From Trichoplax adhaerens (lineage: Eukaryota > Animalia > Placozoa): DNA of 64,000 nucleotides. Shown piece by piece: positions 1 through 14,300 of the stretch. Numbering within the stretch: the first letter of the stretch is position 1; each line of letters begins with the position of its first letter. Under the pieces are notes generated by a model. That model ran no database searches, was not told the DNA's origin, and saw only the letters and a program-made list of their open reading frames with translations. The translations under genes and the position numbers were made by a program. The stretch is taken from the NCBI RefSeq assembly GCF_000150275.1, contig NW_002060975.1:190655-254654 (forward strand), in the 5' to 3' direction.

Positions 1-3000
1 AGCAGTAAAAAACTAGGCCACTAAGTCATTATTCATTCTAAGTTGGAGATATCATCTGTGAGGAATAAATTGTCCTGTGATCAATTTGGAATCATCCTAC
101 GACGGTAATTATTCTAATCAGCGTTAAGAGTTTTAAAATATCAATTTATAGCCCTCAACGAAAGAGGAAAATAGAGAATTTAGTCGTTGAGATATTGAAC
201 AGAAATTGAATCTATCATGATCAACTTAGAGAGATCCTATGTAACTGCTTTCTTAACTTCAAGAACAAACCTCTCATTTACTCTCATAGTAGATCTAATG
301 CTGACAATTATTGTTGTTTCAATAGGATCATACACCGTGACTCAATGCAGTTGCAACCTAGGCAGAATTGTAACTTGGTTGTCGTGATCATAAATAAATA
401 AAATGATTTATTATCTAAGTGAAAGTACAAAGTATAATAGATAACAACGAGACAAGGTATTGTTCTTATCATCGATGGGGCGGAGCATATACAATCGTGC
501 TAGATAGAAATAAATTTCCTTTATTGCACTTATGCAGTACGGGCAGATACGGTACTATACTGTAATCTATTTCAAAGCAAGCCAAATTCATTATATAGAA
601 TTATTGACGCTGTTTGAGTAATCTCGAAAGTAGACAAAAGTCGCATGAACCCGTGCGATAAGGATTATAAGCTAGTTGATAACATAACTATTACTTTCAT
701 AGATTTCTTGCTCCTACAAAGGTGAATGAAAATTTCTTATTCAGGCTTAGACTTGCGTATCTTTGACGCTAAGAAAACCTAAGCGTTGATAGAGTGAGTT
801 CATCATAGAGAACTTATAATTTCGTATAATGGACACACTGAAATTTCATATTAAAATACGTGAGCCTTAGAATGTGACCTAGGAATTGCATGCTGCATAT
901 ATGTAGTAGTTTCAGCTAACTACAGTAGTAAGCGAAGTACGGTAGCATTAAGAAGTCGAATAGTCTACTATGCTTATAAGGTAATTTCATAATTACTGAT
1001 GATGAAACGGTGTACTTTAACATTCATACTATGTGCGTATATTTGTGTCACCATAGAGATTTGCTCAATTTTAATAACTCAGATTTTGAGTTAAACGATT
1101 GCGAACATAACGGATTGTCAAACCCAAGCACTACAATATACCAACATCCTTAGGGATTTCATATTCCTTTCAAGGCTTGAGTTAGAAAGTCATTGCTATT
1201 CTAAATCAAAATTCGATTTTATAATAATAGCGATACTTTGCTACGAGTAGGATCCTTTTACAATACTTCAGCTCATTGAGTCCTTAACCATTTTATAACA
1301 GCGATGGCAGATATCCCGTTAATCATCCTCTACATCACAAATATGTAAGAATATTTACTTTAGTACTTAGTTATTGTAGATTTTAAGCAAATTTTCTCTC
1401 TTCATATTTAAAGTTGAAATATTATTCTCTACCTAATTAACTTGATCTTTACAATAAATCGGATTATCGATACTGGATAGTGAATGACAGTTTGATATTT
1501 GAATCCTTTCAGAGTGAACTATTTATTGATCGAGTTTTGCCTGTTATGCACTTAAAAATAATCCATAATAACTCTTTTAACAATGCTCCACTATTGATTG
1601 TAGCAAATATGAAATTTCAGCATTCTTAACGAATATGTCGGAAATACTTGCCTACATCCAATCTAATTCGAATATCTATGAAGGGTGTTAACTAATGATA
1701 AATTTTATAGCGGCACTTGTGAATGAATTTCAATTTGTAGAAGGTGCAACGTAGACTTTCCTTAAAGTTCAACCGACCTGTCCTTTCCATAGTGAACGTA
1801 ATACCTTGTATAGCGATTATTTTTAAGCGCTGTATTAGCTCTACTCTCACAATGCTGCGATTTAAACGATGCAATGTCCTCGAGCGAATCAATTGAAATT
1901 ATCATTTTTCTGATGGTACTTTACAGTGTTTCAAGGAAGAGAGATTAATCATTAAGGTCCTCGCAAGTTAAGGGCGATATTAGCTGATCCTAGCGGTCTT
2001 GATTAAATGTCAATCAAATGGACATTTCATATATTCTCATAATACCTATAGACGAATAAATAAAGGTTTTCTGATATTAAAATATATATAATTAATTCAG
2101 CTGGAAGCTACTTTTGTAAGCTGTCACTCATGAGTTTTAACTGTCATATTTGTATACCGGCATCGTCTAAAGTAGTCTTGGCTGTTAGTATTTAACCCTT
2201 CTGCAATCCCATCCTGTATAAATACTCCAATTCGAGCTTTTACCTGTTGTTTGCTAGTAGTCATGCTTAGTTTTCATGTAGAATAAAAATTTAATGTTCA
2301 TGATATTTCTTAGGAAAATTTATTTAATGAGATAGTTTAGTCGATTAAATCACTCTGTGCAGACAGCATTAAAATCTATTACCTTCAAGATTAAGCAGGA
2401 AATATGACAAAAACAAGCCAGATGGAAACTGCTAAAAAGTTTTACACCAGCTATTCCTAATTGGACTATCAATACGTTAAAGTAGCATAAATTCAGTCTT
2501 ACTGTTTAGAAGCTCGATTTGAATATATAGAAGCACGGTTAGAAATTATGGCGCAGTCATAAGGTTGGTTCAGACATTATAAAACAGTGTAAATTATTTA
2601 CTTTACCTTAGAAATGTCTCGTCATCAAATCGTTAAAATTTAATTTAGTTTTAATAGTCTATAACATCCTATGATTTAACCGTCAGTCTGAAAAAATCTC
2701 ATGATAGAAAAGAGTTTAATTTTTAAGAGAGCTCAAAGGTCGATCGTATTTTAATCATGGTTAATCTCATGTTATATATGCATACTCTGGCGTATTAAAG
2801 TAGGGCTCAAGAGTTATACTAATTTAGATATAAGAAGATACGTCAACTATAGAATGTGTAAAAGTGAATTACTTTTAAATAAAGAGTGTTCTAGTTTTGA
2901 TCTTGGTGAGAAATGGTGTCTGTACTTAACTGGCGTTGGTGGCAGTTTCTGTGTGTCACAAACCAACTTCGTGATAAAGATAACGTACAACAAATCTCTA

Positions 3001-4656
3001 AATTACTATAGTCTCCGGGATTCAGTATCCCTCAACTACCTCACAAGAATTTAAACGCCTTTGTTTCTACGTTAAAACAACTATAAAACTCTACTTTTAT
3101 TCAACTATCTGCCGAGCTTAAATATCCTTCGGCAGCAGCTATCATGTATGAGTCATATCAGTTTACGAAATTTAGCACATGTTGGATAGCTAAATTAATA
3201 CAGACATTATTCATAATTTTGGACTTTTACTGAACGATTCTAGATAATTAGACTACAGAATGTCCACACACAGAATTATTTATAGTATCACCTATAATGG
3301 AATATCTTCAGGATATTCAACACAAGCGTTACAAGACATAACATCAATTAATATTAGTTACCTTATGCGAAATCTTACTACAATACAGCATAATTTACTG
3401 TAACAAAATAATAGCTACTGTAGTTCTTACTGTTAGTCTTTATTAGTTATCTCTATATATAAATGTTAACCACTAAATTTGGTCATTTACTCTTCACGAT
3501 GGTTCGTACCGTGATACTGTGTTACAAAAGCGGCTGTAACATTAATCTAACAATTCTTAGCAGACTGATAATATGGAAAATCCTGCGCCATTAGGGATTA
3601 TCCAAATATTGACTATTTCCTTTCCTAAAGTACAGTATACGAAGACTATGCATTGTATTTAGAATAAAATATTCAGAAGTATCAACTGAAGGGTCTATTT
3701 GAATATTGATTAATCCTAGCTAGTTTGTTTTTAGCATGAGTTAATGCTATAATTTTAAGCAAAATGGCAGCATCATTAAAGTAAGTCTTGTTAATAGAAA
3801 TCGTGAAAGTATTCAACTTTTCTCTCTCAAACTACAAAGCATCAGAGTTATATGTATTACGTGGAATGAAGCTTTTCAGATATATCAAAAATGGAAATTT
3901 TTATCAGATTAGTCTTATGATACATGACACTGAAATGGTCCGATCAACTTAATGGGATATATAAAAATACTGCATTAACTACATTAATCAGGATAAAGTC
4001 AGCAAACTACATTAAATTTTTTATCAATCAAAGAAAATAAACTGCATTTAAACGAATTTCAAAGTTCATTGCTAATTAGTCGATTGATTATCAGACTTGA
4101 TCCTCAATCCAAATGATAATATTATTGTCTGTAGCAACGTTAATAACTAGACTAGTTGGTATCCAAATAAAATATTTTATTTACTTATTCAAAAACACTC
4201 CTAAAATTAGGCTTGCTAATGAATCGATTGATAGTAGAGAACAAAGGCTAAGAAAAACATTAATTATAAGTAATTTGACACAAATATAAGTAGAATGGCT
4301 GCAATTTCAGTTAAGTTAATTAGGCTTAAATAATATTCAACCCATTTCACAGTTCTCAAGTGAGAAATTGATAAATAGATTATCGCAATAGCATATTAAA
4401 ATTTTAAATCAATCGCAGTCGGTCTTGAGTTTCTAATAAATCTATTTTGATCATTACGTCTTCTAATACAGCATGTCATAAGACATTTAAAATGTATTGA
4501 TAGCAAGTCTATTAAGGATTCATAATAATACATAGTTATTTGAATCGCGCAGTGAATCATGAAAATAATATGATTGAAAAGCACTTGAATTTCAGTTTTA
4601 TATAGATTTCTAATAAGTGGATTCTTAATTAGCAGACGCTGCTTCTATAAGAAATA

Positions 4657-4835
4657 CTAGTCCAAACTCCCGTCGCTTTGCTGACGGTTTACGATAATGT
4701 ACCCATTTATATACAGTATTAATGCTATGTTAAGGTTGGTAAGCGAAACTGTCAAATATAGGTTTATGCTCAATTTGTTAATAAAATTAACAGATAGCAT
4801 TATCATTCGATATTATATATATATATCCCGGTAAT
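4657..4835 (-). mobile_element. Non-autonomous Helitron-like element, 3' end (copy 1)
   Basis: Minus strand reads CCGTCAGCAAAGCGACGG (hairpin), then 9 nt, then CTAG|T. Same sequence at 6581 and 42106. Confidence 0.7.
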
Positions 4836-6580
4836 AGTAATGTACTATGCTATATTAAGATTAGTTAATGGTCCAAAGCACATTATGATAACTAATGTAC
4901 TGTGATGGACATACCAAGTTAAGATTAGCAGGTACAAGAGGTGATATCTCATGTTTTATGTCATTGTAGCGCTCATCGTGAACAAGTTAAAAATGCACAT
5001 AATAATATACTGCAAAGACTAACTAAAGCTATGGAATCCAATCCTATGCAGAAAAATAAAAATGAATGGTTACTATACTGTAAGATATCTACAGTGCGGT
5101 ACAATGTCCTTAGCACTGTGGTCAATTCTACACCAATCATTATAATGAGTCTAAGGATAGCTTGCGTATGTAAGCAAAGCTTGCTCTGTCGAAAACAACC
5201 GTTATAAGAAAATGTAACTATCAAAATGGCAGAGTAGAAAACTCTATAAAGATTTTATGTTTATTCAATTTTCATCAGAGTATAATATCAAATCAAAATT
5301 GAAAGGCCCAGTGGCCACTCTTAGCGATATAACGAACACTATTTTAAAAATCAGTACTCTGTAGAAATAACTACCTTAGAGCTATTCGTTTTACATGAAG
5401 AAATCTTGAGGTAAAAAGTACCGTAAGAACCTTATACTAACCTTTTGAAATGAACCCATAATCAGAGTCATCTAACAGTAGTATAAATACCCACGCGCCG
5501 CTCGTTAACCGTAATACACACTTCTAGATATTTATACCCAAATGAAAATTAATTCCATAAGCAATTTGGAGCACATAATAAATATTGTAAAGGAAAATAT
5601 AATCGTTATAGAGCATCATGACATCCAAAAGAAACTCAGTATAGTATGTATTGTATTTGTATCATAAAAAAATACTTTAAAAGGATTTTGCAACTGCTGT
5701 GCAAGCTTAAATGCAAATTATGTTTGGTAGTTCTACCAAGTAGTTCAGTTTTTCGGATGGTATAACGGGCACGGTGTCAGAAATTGGAATTGTAATATTA
5801 GTCTATGCATCCAAATGTAATTGATTTTCCTTTTATTACCGTATAGTTCTAGCAGGTATGTAAATAATTTTAGTCGCATAATATATAATTTAAGAGAAAT
5901 TATCATTATGATAGGAGATCAAAATAACTGCATGTTATATAATGAAGGCTGCCCTACTTCAAATGATTTGAACAGATGGCAAATACTAAAGATACAAGAT
6001 ATATCCTATTTTTATTTACTTGTTACTATCAAGCTGTTAAAATTTCGATATCCGATTAACCGCGATAATGTAGGAACGTAGAAGTAGAAATAGCCCTGTC
6101 ATTATCACGGTAGTAATATATAATTTTATTCAATTGAATAATAAGTTTGTGTGATTAATAGCCTATATTTCAACTGCTGTCTGAAATTTTACTGCCTAGT
6201 TAATGACCAACAGCAGCCACCAATAAAATATTCCTGCGTAGCCATGCATATTTTATAGGCTTAGCATCTTGCAGAATCATCAATTTGAAATTGTATAGTC
6301 AGTTCTAGCTAGTTTAAATTTTTGACACATCATACAATATGGTATGCATAAGTTATTGATGAACAATGTCTAGAAATCGTTTTGTAGTCAAGATAATCAA
6401 CAGCGATCAGGAAATTTTACTAGAAGGATAATCTTGGTCGAACGTAGATAAGCAAGGATAGAAATTAAAAACCGTTTTATATTTAAACGGCGCAAGCATC
6501 AAATTTGTTTTTTTTTACATTATTTGTTGTCATAGTAATACATACGGCCTTGAAATATCTATTACATGATTTAATACATA

Positions 6581-6655
6581 CTAGTGCAAACTCCCGTCGC
6601 TTTGCTGACGGTTTACGATAATGTGCTCATTTAACAGATAGTATTATCATTTGAT
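6581..6655 (-). mobile_element. Non-autonomous Helitron-like element, 3' end (copy 2, shortest)
   Basis: A|CTAGTGCAAACTCCCGTCGCTTTGCTGACGGTTTACGATAATGT on the + strand, matching copies 1 and 3. Confidence 0.7.
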
Positions 6656-6964
6656 AGACCTGTCAGAGGTTCAGTAACTTTATACCGTGTACTAAGATTA
6701 ATAAGGTGTGTTACTGGATACAAGCGTCATCAATTTTAACTATTTCATATGTTTTTTCCGCCTAATTTATTTTTTGAATTGGATATAATCCATCTTTTCA
6801 TATCCAATATCGTCACCATAACAGTTTATGTGATTAAATACGCAAGATGATGAAGGTTACTAAGATCCTTTTGGAATATTGACTTAGATTCATTCTTATA
6901 TGGCCTTGCTGTCTATTATAGTGCATTATCAATTAGTCTAGTACCCATATGTTGCCTCTCTATA

Positions 6965-8312
6965 ATTAAAAATAGATTAACACGGTGATCAATATCGTAA
7001 CATGCAACTATTTATATAGGATGGGGGTAACTGTCTTAGGAACGTAAAATATAATATTACCTCAATTTAACGCCTTTTAAATTGTGACTGTCTAAATTAA
7101 TTTCAGTCAATATACAGGCTATTCATCTTATTGTAGCTTACGACAATGCATTCTATGAAATTAGTCAACATTATGCCTTTTTACGATTAAAAATAGATTA
7201 ATATGGCAACTACAGTCATCCTACGTGACTACTCGTATAAGATAGATGATTGTAATATAAAGGTCTCTAGAAATATTTCCATGATGTCTATTTCAAATGT
7301 TAAAATTTGATTAAATATTTGAAATAGACATCATGGGAATATTTCTAACAGTTACCATGCTGTTTTGTGATCAAAATGAGGCTGAAACTATAGTGAAGAT
7401 ATCAACTTTAGATATAGCTAAGATTTCATGAGCTTATTTGCTGTAATTATAAGTATTTTCGCTAAAATTTCTCTACGTAATAGAAAATAAAGCTTGTTTC
7501 ATTTTGGATTGCCGTTTTATAGCGCTTTAAATTAAAATTATCAGTATCAACTGCCTCATTAGGGATAACATAAACAGCAATATTGATAAATATAGCAAAT
7601 TATATTGCATCGATTGGAATATATCTTGCGTGACTGATCATTGTAATAAGAATCACCATTAAGATTCTATCATTTAGTTAATGAGGATCTAGTATTCGTT
7701 ATCACAATAAAAATTTTCTTATTTAATAGTTCGAACGCTTTCTGGTAGACTAACGTTAAAGATTTTATTAATATGTCATCGTTACGTCTATTCACTAACA
7801 TATGCTATTTCTCCGTAATAAAAAAATAGGTGCATAAAGGATAAATAATATCGTTAATTATAGCTATCAAAATAGTAACGATGATGGCAAATACGCTAGT
7901 GATTAAGATTATATTGTTTGTATTGACTCAGAATTGTTATTAGCGTTTAAGTTAGCTTTCTCAAATTAATTAACGGATCGTCTCATTCCAGACCAGCATA
8001 TCTTCTTGATGATACTACTCCTTCCATGCTATATTTCCAAAATAAAAGATAAAACTGAAATAATGATCGATGATTGCATCGATATGCAATAATGCTGATA
8101 ATCGTAACTGGCCTAGTAACTGAAAGAGTGTTAGTTTATTGAATATCAAAAGCTGTTACTATTTTGGTTGATTATTATCTTAAATTAATAAGATCGCTTT
8201 AGTGCAAGTGAAAGAATATTCGTTCGAATATGCCATGCCATTGCATGATTAAAAATAGACAGTAATGATGATCAACATCATTCTCCGTGACTACTTGAAT
8301 ATGATAGATGAC
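6965..8312 (+). repeat. Three diverged direct copies of a unit of about 65 bp (about 6965-7024, 7186-7250, 8248-8312)
   Basis: All begin ATTAAAAATAGA. Copies 2 and 3 share TCAT.CT.CGTGACTACT.G.ATA.GATAGATGA. Confidence 0.6.
7268..7347. repeat. Inverted repeat, 31-bp arms (1 mismatch), 18-nt spacer
   Basis: TAGAAATATTTCCATGATGTCTATTTCAAAT (7268-7298) versus ATTTGAAATAGACATCATGGGAATATTTCTA (7317-7347). Confidence 0.9.
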
Positions 8313-11300
8313 TAAGGTAGTTTATTCCTTTATTATTTTTAATCAAGACGATCTAGATTATCGATGGCCTACTACAATAGAATTGCATATTTTTTTAACT
8401 TAGCTGATTATATCATTGTTTTCATTGATGAAAGAAAGTATAGAATCTAAATCAACAAGATCGAGAACAATCAGCAATCATTAAATTAACAATATTCTAT
8501 TTGTTAAATTCAATATACTTTCTTATTTCATTGATTATGATCATTTAGTTGTCATCTGTTATGTGTCCCGTATCCAATGTATTTTATCCTATTGATGATG
8601 ACTATTCTATTGGCCTATTTATTTAGCTAGCGAACCTTGGTCATCATTATAACTGCTACATTATTTCCACTTTAGACCATGATATTCTGTTCATAACTGA
8701 TTATCTTGATATCAGCTTGAAAGTTTCTGGTCTATCGCCTTCATTTCTTTAGTCCTCACCGTCTGTATTGATTTCTGACTTCACCTGGTTAAGATTTCTT
8801 AAGTTTGTAGTATTTTACGAGTATTGGATTGGAATTGAATATTAATACTCTTCGTGACCTTTCTACGCCTCCATTTAGCAAATTGAACCGTAACCAGGTA
8901 TGTTATAGCTATCTTTTCATAGTACAAGAAAGTGTACTGCTACTATTACGATAATAAATTCTTTCTAAACGTAATTAGAAGGAAAAATACCATCTTAAAA
9001 TATCAACACATAAAAAATAATTATAATGGTTACAGTATGAATGATAAAATTGCCATCTAAAGTTGAAAAGCGGAAAGTATTACCATATATATATTTAACA
9101 AATACGTTATCGAATGAAAGAAAACAGAATTCGATAACTCGCTTGTAAATTTAGCCTGATGTTTAAATTAAATATGGATTAAAGCTTGACAATATTCCAT
9201 GCTGAAAATTACCTGCAACTACATGACTAAATAACAAATCAGTCCGCAGTTAAACTTCAACGTCAATTATTGCCATAAATTATTTTAATGAAGCAATTAA
9301 TTTATAAATTTGCCATTTAATACCAATATAAATTTACTCCTTATTAATGTCATCGATTAATGCAACCATAAATTTCCGTTTGACTTTTTTTATTTCGCGA
9401 TTCTTTACTATACCAGATGTTGATAAGCCCATGACAGAGTAGGTAAATATCAATTTCAATTAAAATTGCTATAGGGTACCTAATATAAGTTCCTTTTAAG
9501 TGTGCTAGGAATATTTTAGCGTAGTCGATCTTAAAACATGGGATGAAAAATTTATAAGTCTTACTATCTCCTGTTTAAAACGCTGGGAGAAATCCTTTGA
9601 ATTGACGATTTTCACGGTTTTCACTGTAGATTAATTGCTGTTATTCATGTTCCACTATCAATTATTATAAAGTGTACTCCTCATCATGGTTTCTACTAAT
9701 TAGTCTTACCTTTCAATCATTTAAAAGTGTGATGTTGTTAACATTGCCAAATTATTGTGTTAATTAACTACCTCTATCTGATGTTAAATCGCCGCTTTCT
9801 TATTAAAAGGGTGTATTAATTTTATTGGAATAATTTGCCGGTACTTATTTACTATAATTTTCTTAATGAGATTCCTTGATGTAATTACAGTTTTTTTTAG
9901 CAGTTTTAACTACCGTCATAGGTAGCCATCTTTTATGTTTTCTTTCACAATTATGGATCACTTTCTCTATATAGACTGTTTAAAGTCTTCATTTTTAGTC
10001 AAATTGTTGTTTTTATAGACAAAACTGGAGCTAACACAATATGGCAATGTTAATTAACATGTGTAAAGCAAATAATCAACGCTCAAGTACCCACCTTAAC
10101 CTACATAGAGTTATTTAGTCTCATCATAGCAAATGAAAATGTAGCTATTGCTCTCGTCGTAAACAGAGCTTTTATTATTTTATAGATATCATAACCCCTG
10201 CAAACTGGAAATGAGTTGTAATGTTATTAGATCTAAGCACTCTTTTATTGGCCTATTTTAATTTATTCTTTAATAAAATTCCTTTTATGGTGAGGTCTAT
10301 ATTCAGTGAAAGAAAAAATTGAATTCAATACTTGTAAGAACAAAGCCTAGATTGATCATTCTTGATTAGAAAAGTCTTTTAATTTTTTTGCAGTAATATC
10401 CGGTTATATTACTATAATAAGAATTAATAGAGTAGAAAAAGAAGGACAGTAATCTATACTTTTAAATTTTAGCCATCATTTGCAACTCGTCTTTCATTTT
10501 TTGTCTTTCGATCATTTTTCTTTCATGCAGCAGTCAAAGGCTAGAAAGGGCCTTAAACTTAATAACTGCAGACATAATTAAAAATTATCATCATGATGCT
10601 GTTAGTGATATAAAGAATTATTTTGTCTTTTCAATTATGATGCAGTAAATAAGATGAATAAGATGAGTGGGTTGATGAAAATTCCAATATAAAATGTGCC
10701 ATTTTATAACAACTAAATCATTAAATTATAAACTGTGGTAATAGTGGATATGTTGATTTTCTAATATATTTTTCATACATTTATTCAGACTACACATCCT
10801 ACACTAAATTAGATATTACTTCAATTTTATACTAATCTATCCATGGAAAAAATCAATAATACACGTACATGTCCAAGAGAAAACTTTGGAATTATGGTAA
10901 ATTTTAGATGAAATGCCCTCAACACCCTTGATTTTACCTTATTTTATAAGAAATGTTTATACAGTTTCTGGGAAAAGATAGATTAAATGATGACAAAAGT
11001 TGTAAAGTAATGGTTAAGGCGTGCTAAATACTATTAGAATCCATTTCAATTCGAAACTCTAAGTAAATTTGAACGTAGTATGCGAAATTTTCAATATTGA
11101 TCCTATTCCATCCACTCCTGCTACATTTCTAGCGCTGGCACACACTTTTCCAGTAATTCGGTAGAAAATGTGAGTTGGCTATGATCGATGAAACTTACAC
11201 GGTAGAATGCCTAGGGATTTTTAATATAAAATCAATCATGTCCTATCGTTGAGGGCAAAAATTAAAAATTTAACCATATATAAATCAGTAATAGCCTCTT

Positions 11301-14300
11301 GGTTTTACGCAACTTATACCTTCTAACTAAGCTAAAATTAAAATATCAAGTAGGGTGCGTTAACTTGCCTAAACTATGGTAAAAGATCTTCTGCCTTTAT
11401 TGCTAGTTATTTCTACGCGATGAATCTGTATCATTGTTAAGTCAAGAACTAAATTTCATTTACTTCCTTATATTAAAGCAATAGTTTTATTGAACGTTCA
11501 AGAGTGATAAGAAAAGCCTTATTTTCTATTGCTACACAATATTTAGAGTAAACAGGTGTAAACACAAATCTATAACGAATTTATACAGAATCGAAGATAG
11601 AGTAAAATATTAATCATATGGATAGGTCCCAATCATCACTCGGCGATTAAAGTACTGGCACTTTTAATGAAATTAAATTACTATCTGCAATAAAATTATA
11701 TCTATGTTAATTTAATTTATCATCTAGTAAGGTTACTGGATTTCTTTATAAACTACCCATAATTGGTTATTTTCCCATTTTCTAATAAGAAATAGATAGT
11801 ACACCTTAATAACTATGTATTAATTAGCATTATGGAGGACTACCAATCTGTTTGCTAGAATTTGCAATCCACCTTGCCGCTCTTAGCAAAATGTCATTAC
11901 TACTTTATATTTTCTAAAGCTAAAGCACCATAAGATTCATGGTAATATCGTATTAAATGACAATGCAGTATGCCTATAGTTTCATGAATCTGCCTATATT
12001 GATCAGTTTAAACCAGTAAAACTAAACAAAGTCCTGTCTTCACCGCTCAAAGCTTTGTTATCGATGATAGCTAAAGTAGGAGAAGGAAATAAATTGAAAT
12101 CTATTATTATTCATATTACGATAATTAAACTATTGAAAGATCTACCTTGGACCAGGAAAAATAATTTGGGAAGATCGTGATGAGGAAATATTTTACTATT
12201 TTATTCTCTGCCATTCCATTACTCACCTTCATATCGCGCTTTTGAGTCTTCCTTAACCGCATCCAGGGGCAATCATAAAATATTAAAATTGCAAAGTAAC
12301 CATATGATTTTATAATGGTATCAACCAATAAAACTGAAAGAGTTAATATTATCTTAAATCTTGCATCCTAAGCTATTATGAATTAAGTAAAGAATCTAGA
12401 AAACTGAAGTAGAGTATTAAGCTCGTGAAAAGATTTAATTCTGTTATACAGTACATAAGAGTAATGATTACTTCTCCTTAATTTATTAGTAAGCGATAAA
12501 ACAGGTTTCATACTTTATTCTCATTTTTAAGCTGTATCTCGCAATAGTAAAGCTATAATAAGCTCTTCCCTAGTACATTATGCCGATAGAATGCTATTAA
12601 TTCATAATTCATTCATTAACATTGCTCCAGCATCGCCAGAATAAGGATCATCCAGTATTAAATGGTGCAACTTTCGAATTTACTATCCTTCTTTTGGTCA
12701 GCGTATCAACATTAAAGATGATAGGCTGTATTAAATAATTCGTAAAAGAATATAAATAACTAGTGTACGACTTTAATGTGATTAGAACTTAGTTTAACCG
12801 AACATCGAAAATATTTATTGCAGTAGTTTAATCATAAGCATTCTAGCGAAAGCACGAATCATAATTCACTCCTATCGAAATGATTTTCCTTCCATTGCTT
12901 TTCTAATGAACAGAATTATCATGAACTATTTTTAAGTCAGGTTTATTGATACGAATATCGTGACGAAAGTTTTCATTCAATCTTTGCAATTCTATATAAT
13001 CTTAATATAGTATAATGAAATCGCTTTAATAATCAAAGAATAAAATACTTTTTGTATTGCTTAAATAGTTCATGGCCTGGTTAAGAGTCAGCACAATTTT
13101 AAATCGATTTAATCCGGTATATCCTACTTGATAATGTGAATATTTCATGTATTTATCGAGTACAGTCTATAAGAACTCAGGGAAATTGAAATCCTATTCT
13201 ATGAATATATTTCTTTCTGAATTCTGCTGAAAATGTAAAAGTTATACGCACAGCTACCAAATACATGGTACTTACTATTCCTTGCTTCATCATAATCCTG
13301 CCCCTTAACAACCGTCTTAATGAGAATTCAATCTTATGCTACTATTCGATCCATTGCTGATTCAATTTAATTAAGGGGCTATTACAATTGCGACTATGTT
13401 GATTGGGTTATTTATTGGGCGTAATTAATCTCATTGATAAATATCAGAAGTTTTCTAGATAAGATTAGATAGTATTGTTCTTCTCGTTATTATCTCTTTT
13501 TATATCAATTTTATACGTCTATTTTTGCCATCATGATCGTACTATTATTAAACTGGTGTAATTGTGTCGATATCATTACAATTATCTGGCCTTATTCTCT
13601 CCATTAATATTCCTTTCCTTTTAATTCTGAATCACCTGCCGATTGAAATGATTAACCGCATCAAAAGACCCATCACATAACAGTCGTATTATCTATCATT
13701 TCGGGCAAACGCTAAAGGATACATTTACTATATTGTTATCTATTTTATTTGCTATAGTACTTTTGAATGTAGTATCCAAAAATATTTCTAAAAAAATCAA
13801 TAGCGCTACATTAAACTTGGGATTGGATTTTCATTTTGATAAAATAATTAATCATTTAAATGCTCAGAATGAACAATCTAAATTTTCTTTGTTGATAGAG
13901 GCCACACTGATATCAAATAAGATATAATGCCTGTTATGGATGCATTCAGAAATTTAAAAATAATTTTTCTATTAATATGTAGTACCGTGTTGAACAAGGC
14001 AGAAATTGCCCTAAATCTTGATCTACTCAAAAACCGATTATGTCCACAGTCTTCAAACTTTGAATAATATCTTTATGATTCTTAAATTAATTGCTTTTAG
14101 TTAAACTGTAAGAATATCATTATAGTCTAGAGTTAAAATAATTGAAATTGTTTCCCTGCAATTTCGTCACCTCAGGGATAAGTAAAAAGAATTAGATTGC
14201 TTATTCGGTGCGTGCAGTAATTTATTAAAAGCTGAATGATCTCATTACTAACACGTTTCTACCTCGATCAGGGAATTACTACGATATTGCTAGGAATTAT

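Noticed and set aside
12227-12333. Minus-strand exon-like segment (CTTTCAG|...AAG|GTGAGT)
   Set aside because: Splice signals are good, but the peptide is unrecognisable and no partner exons were found.
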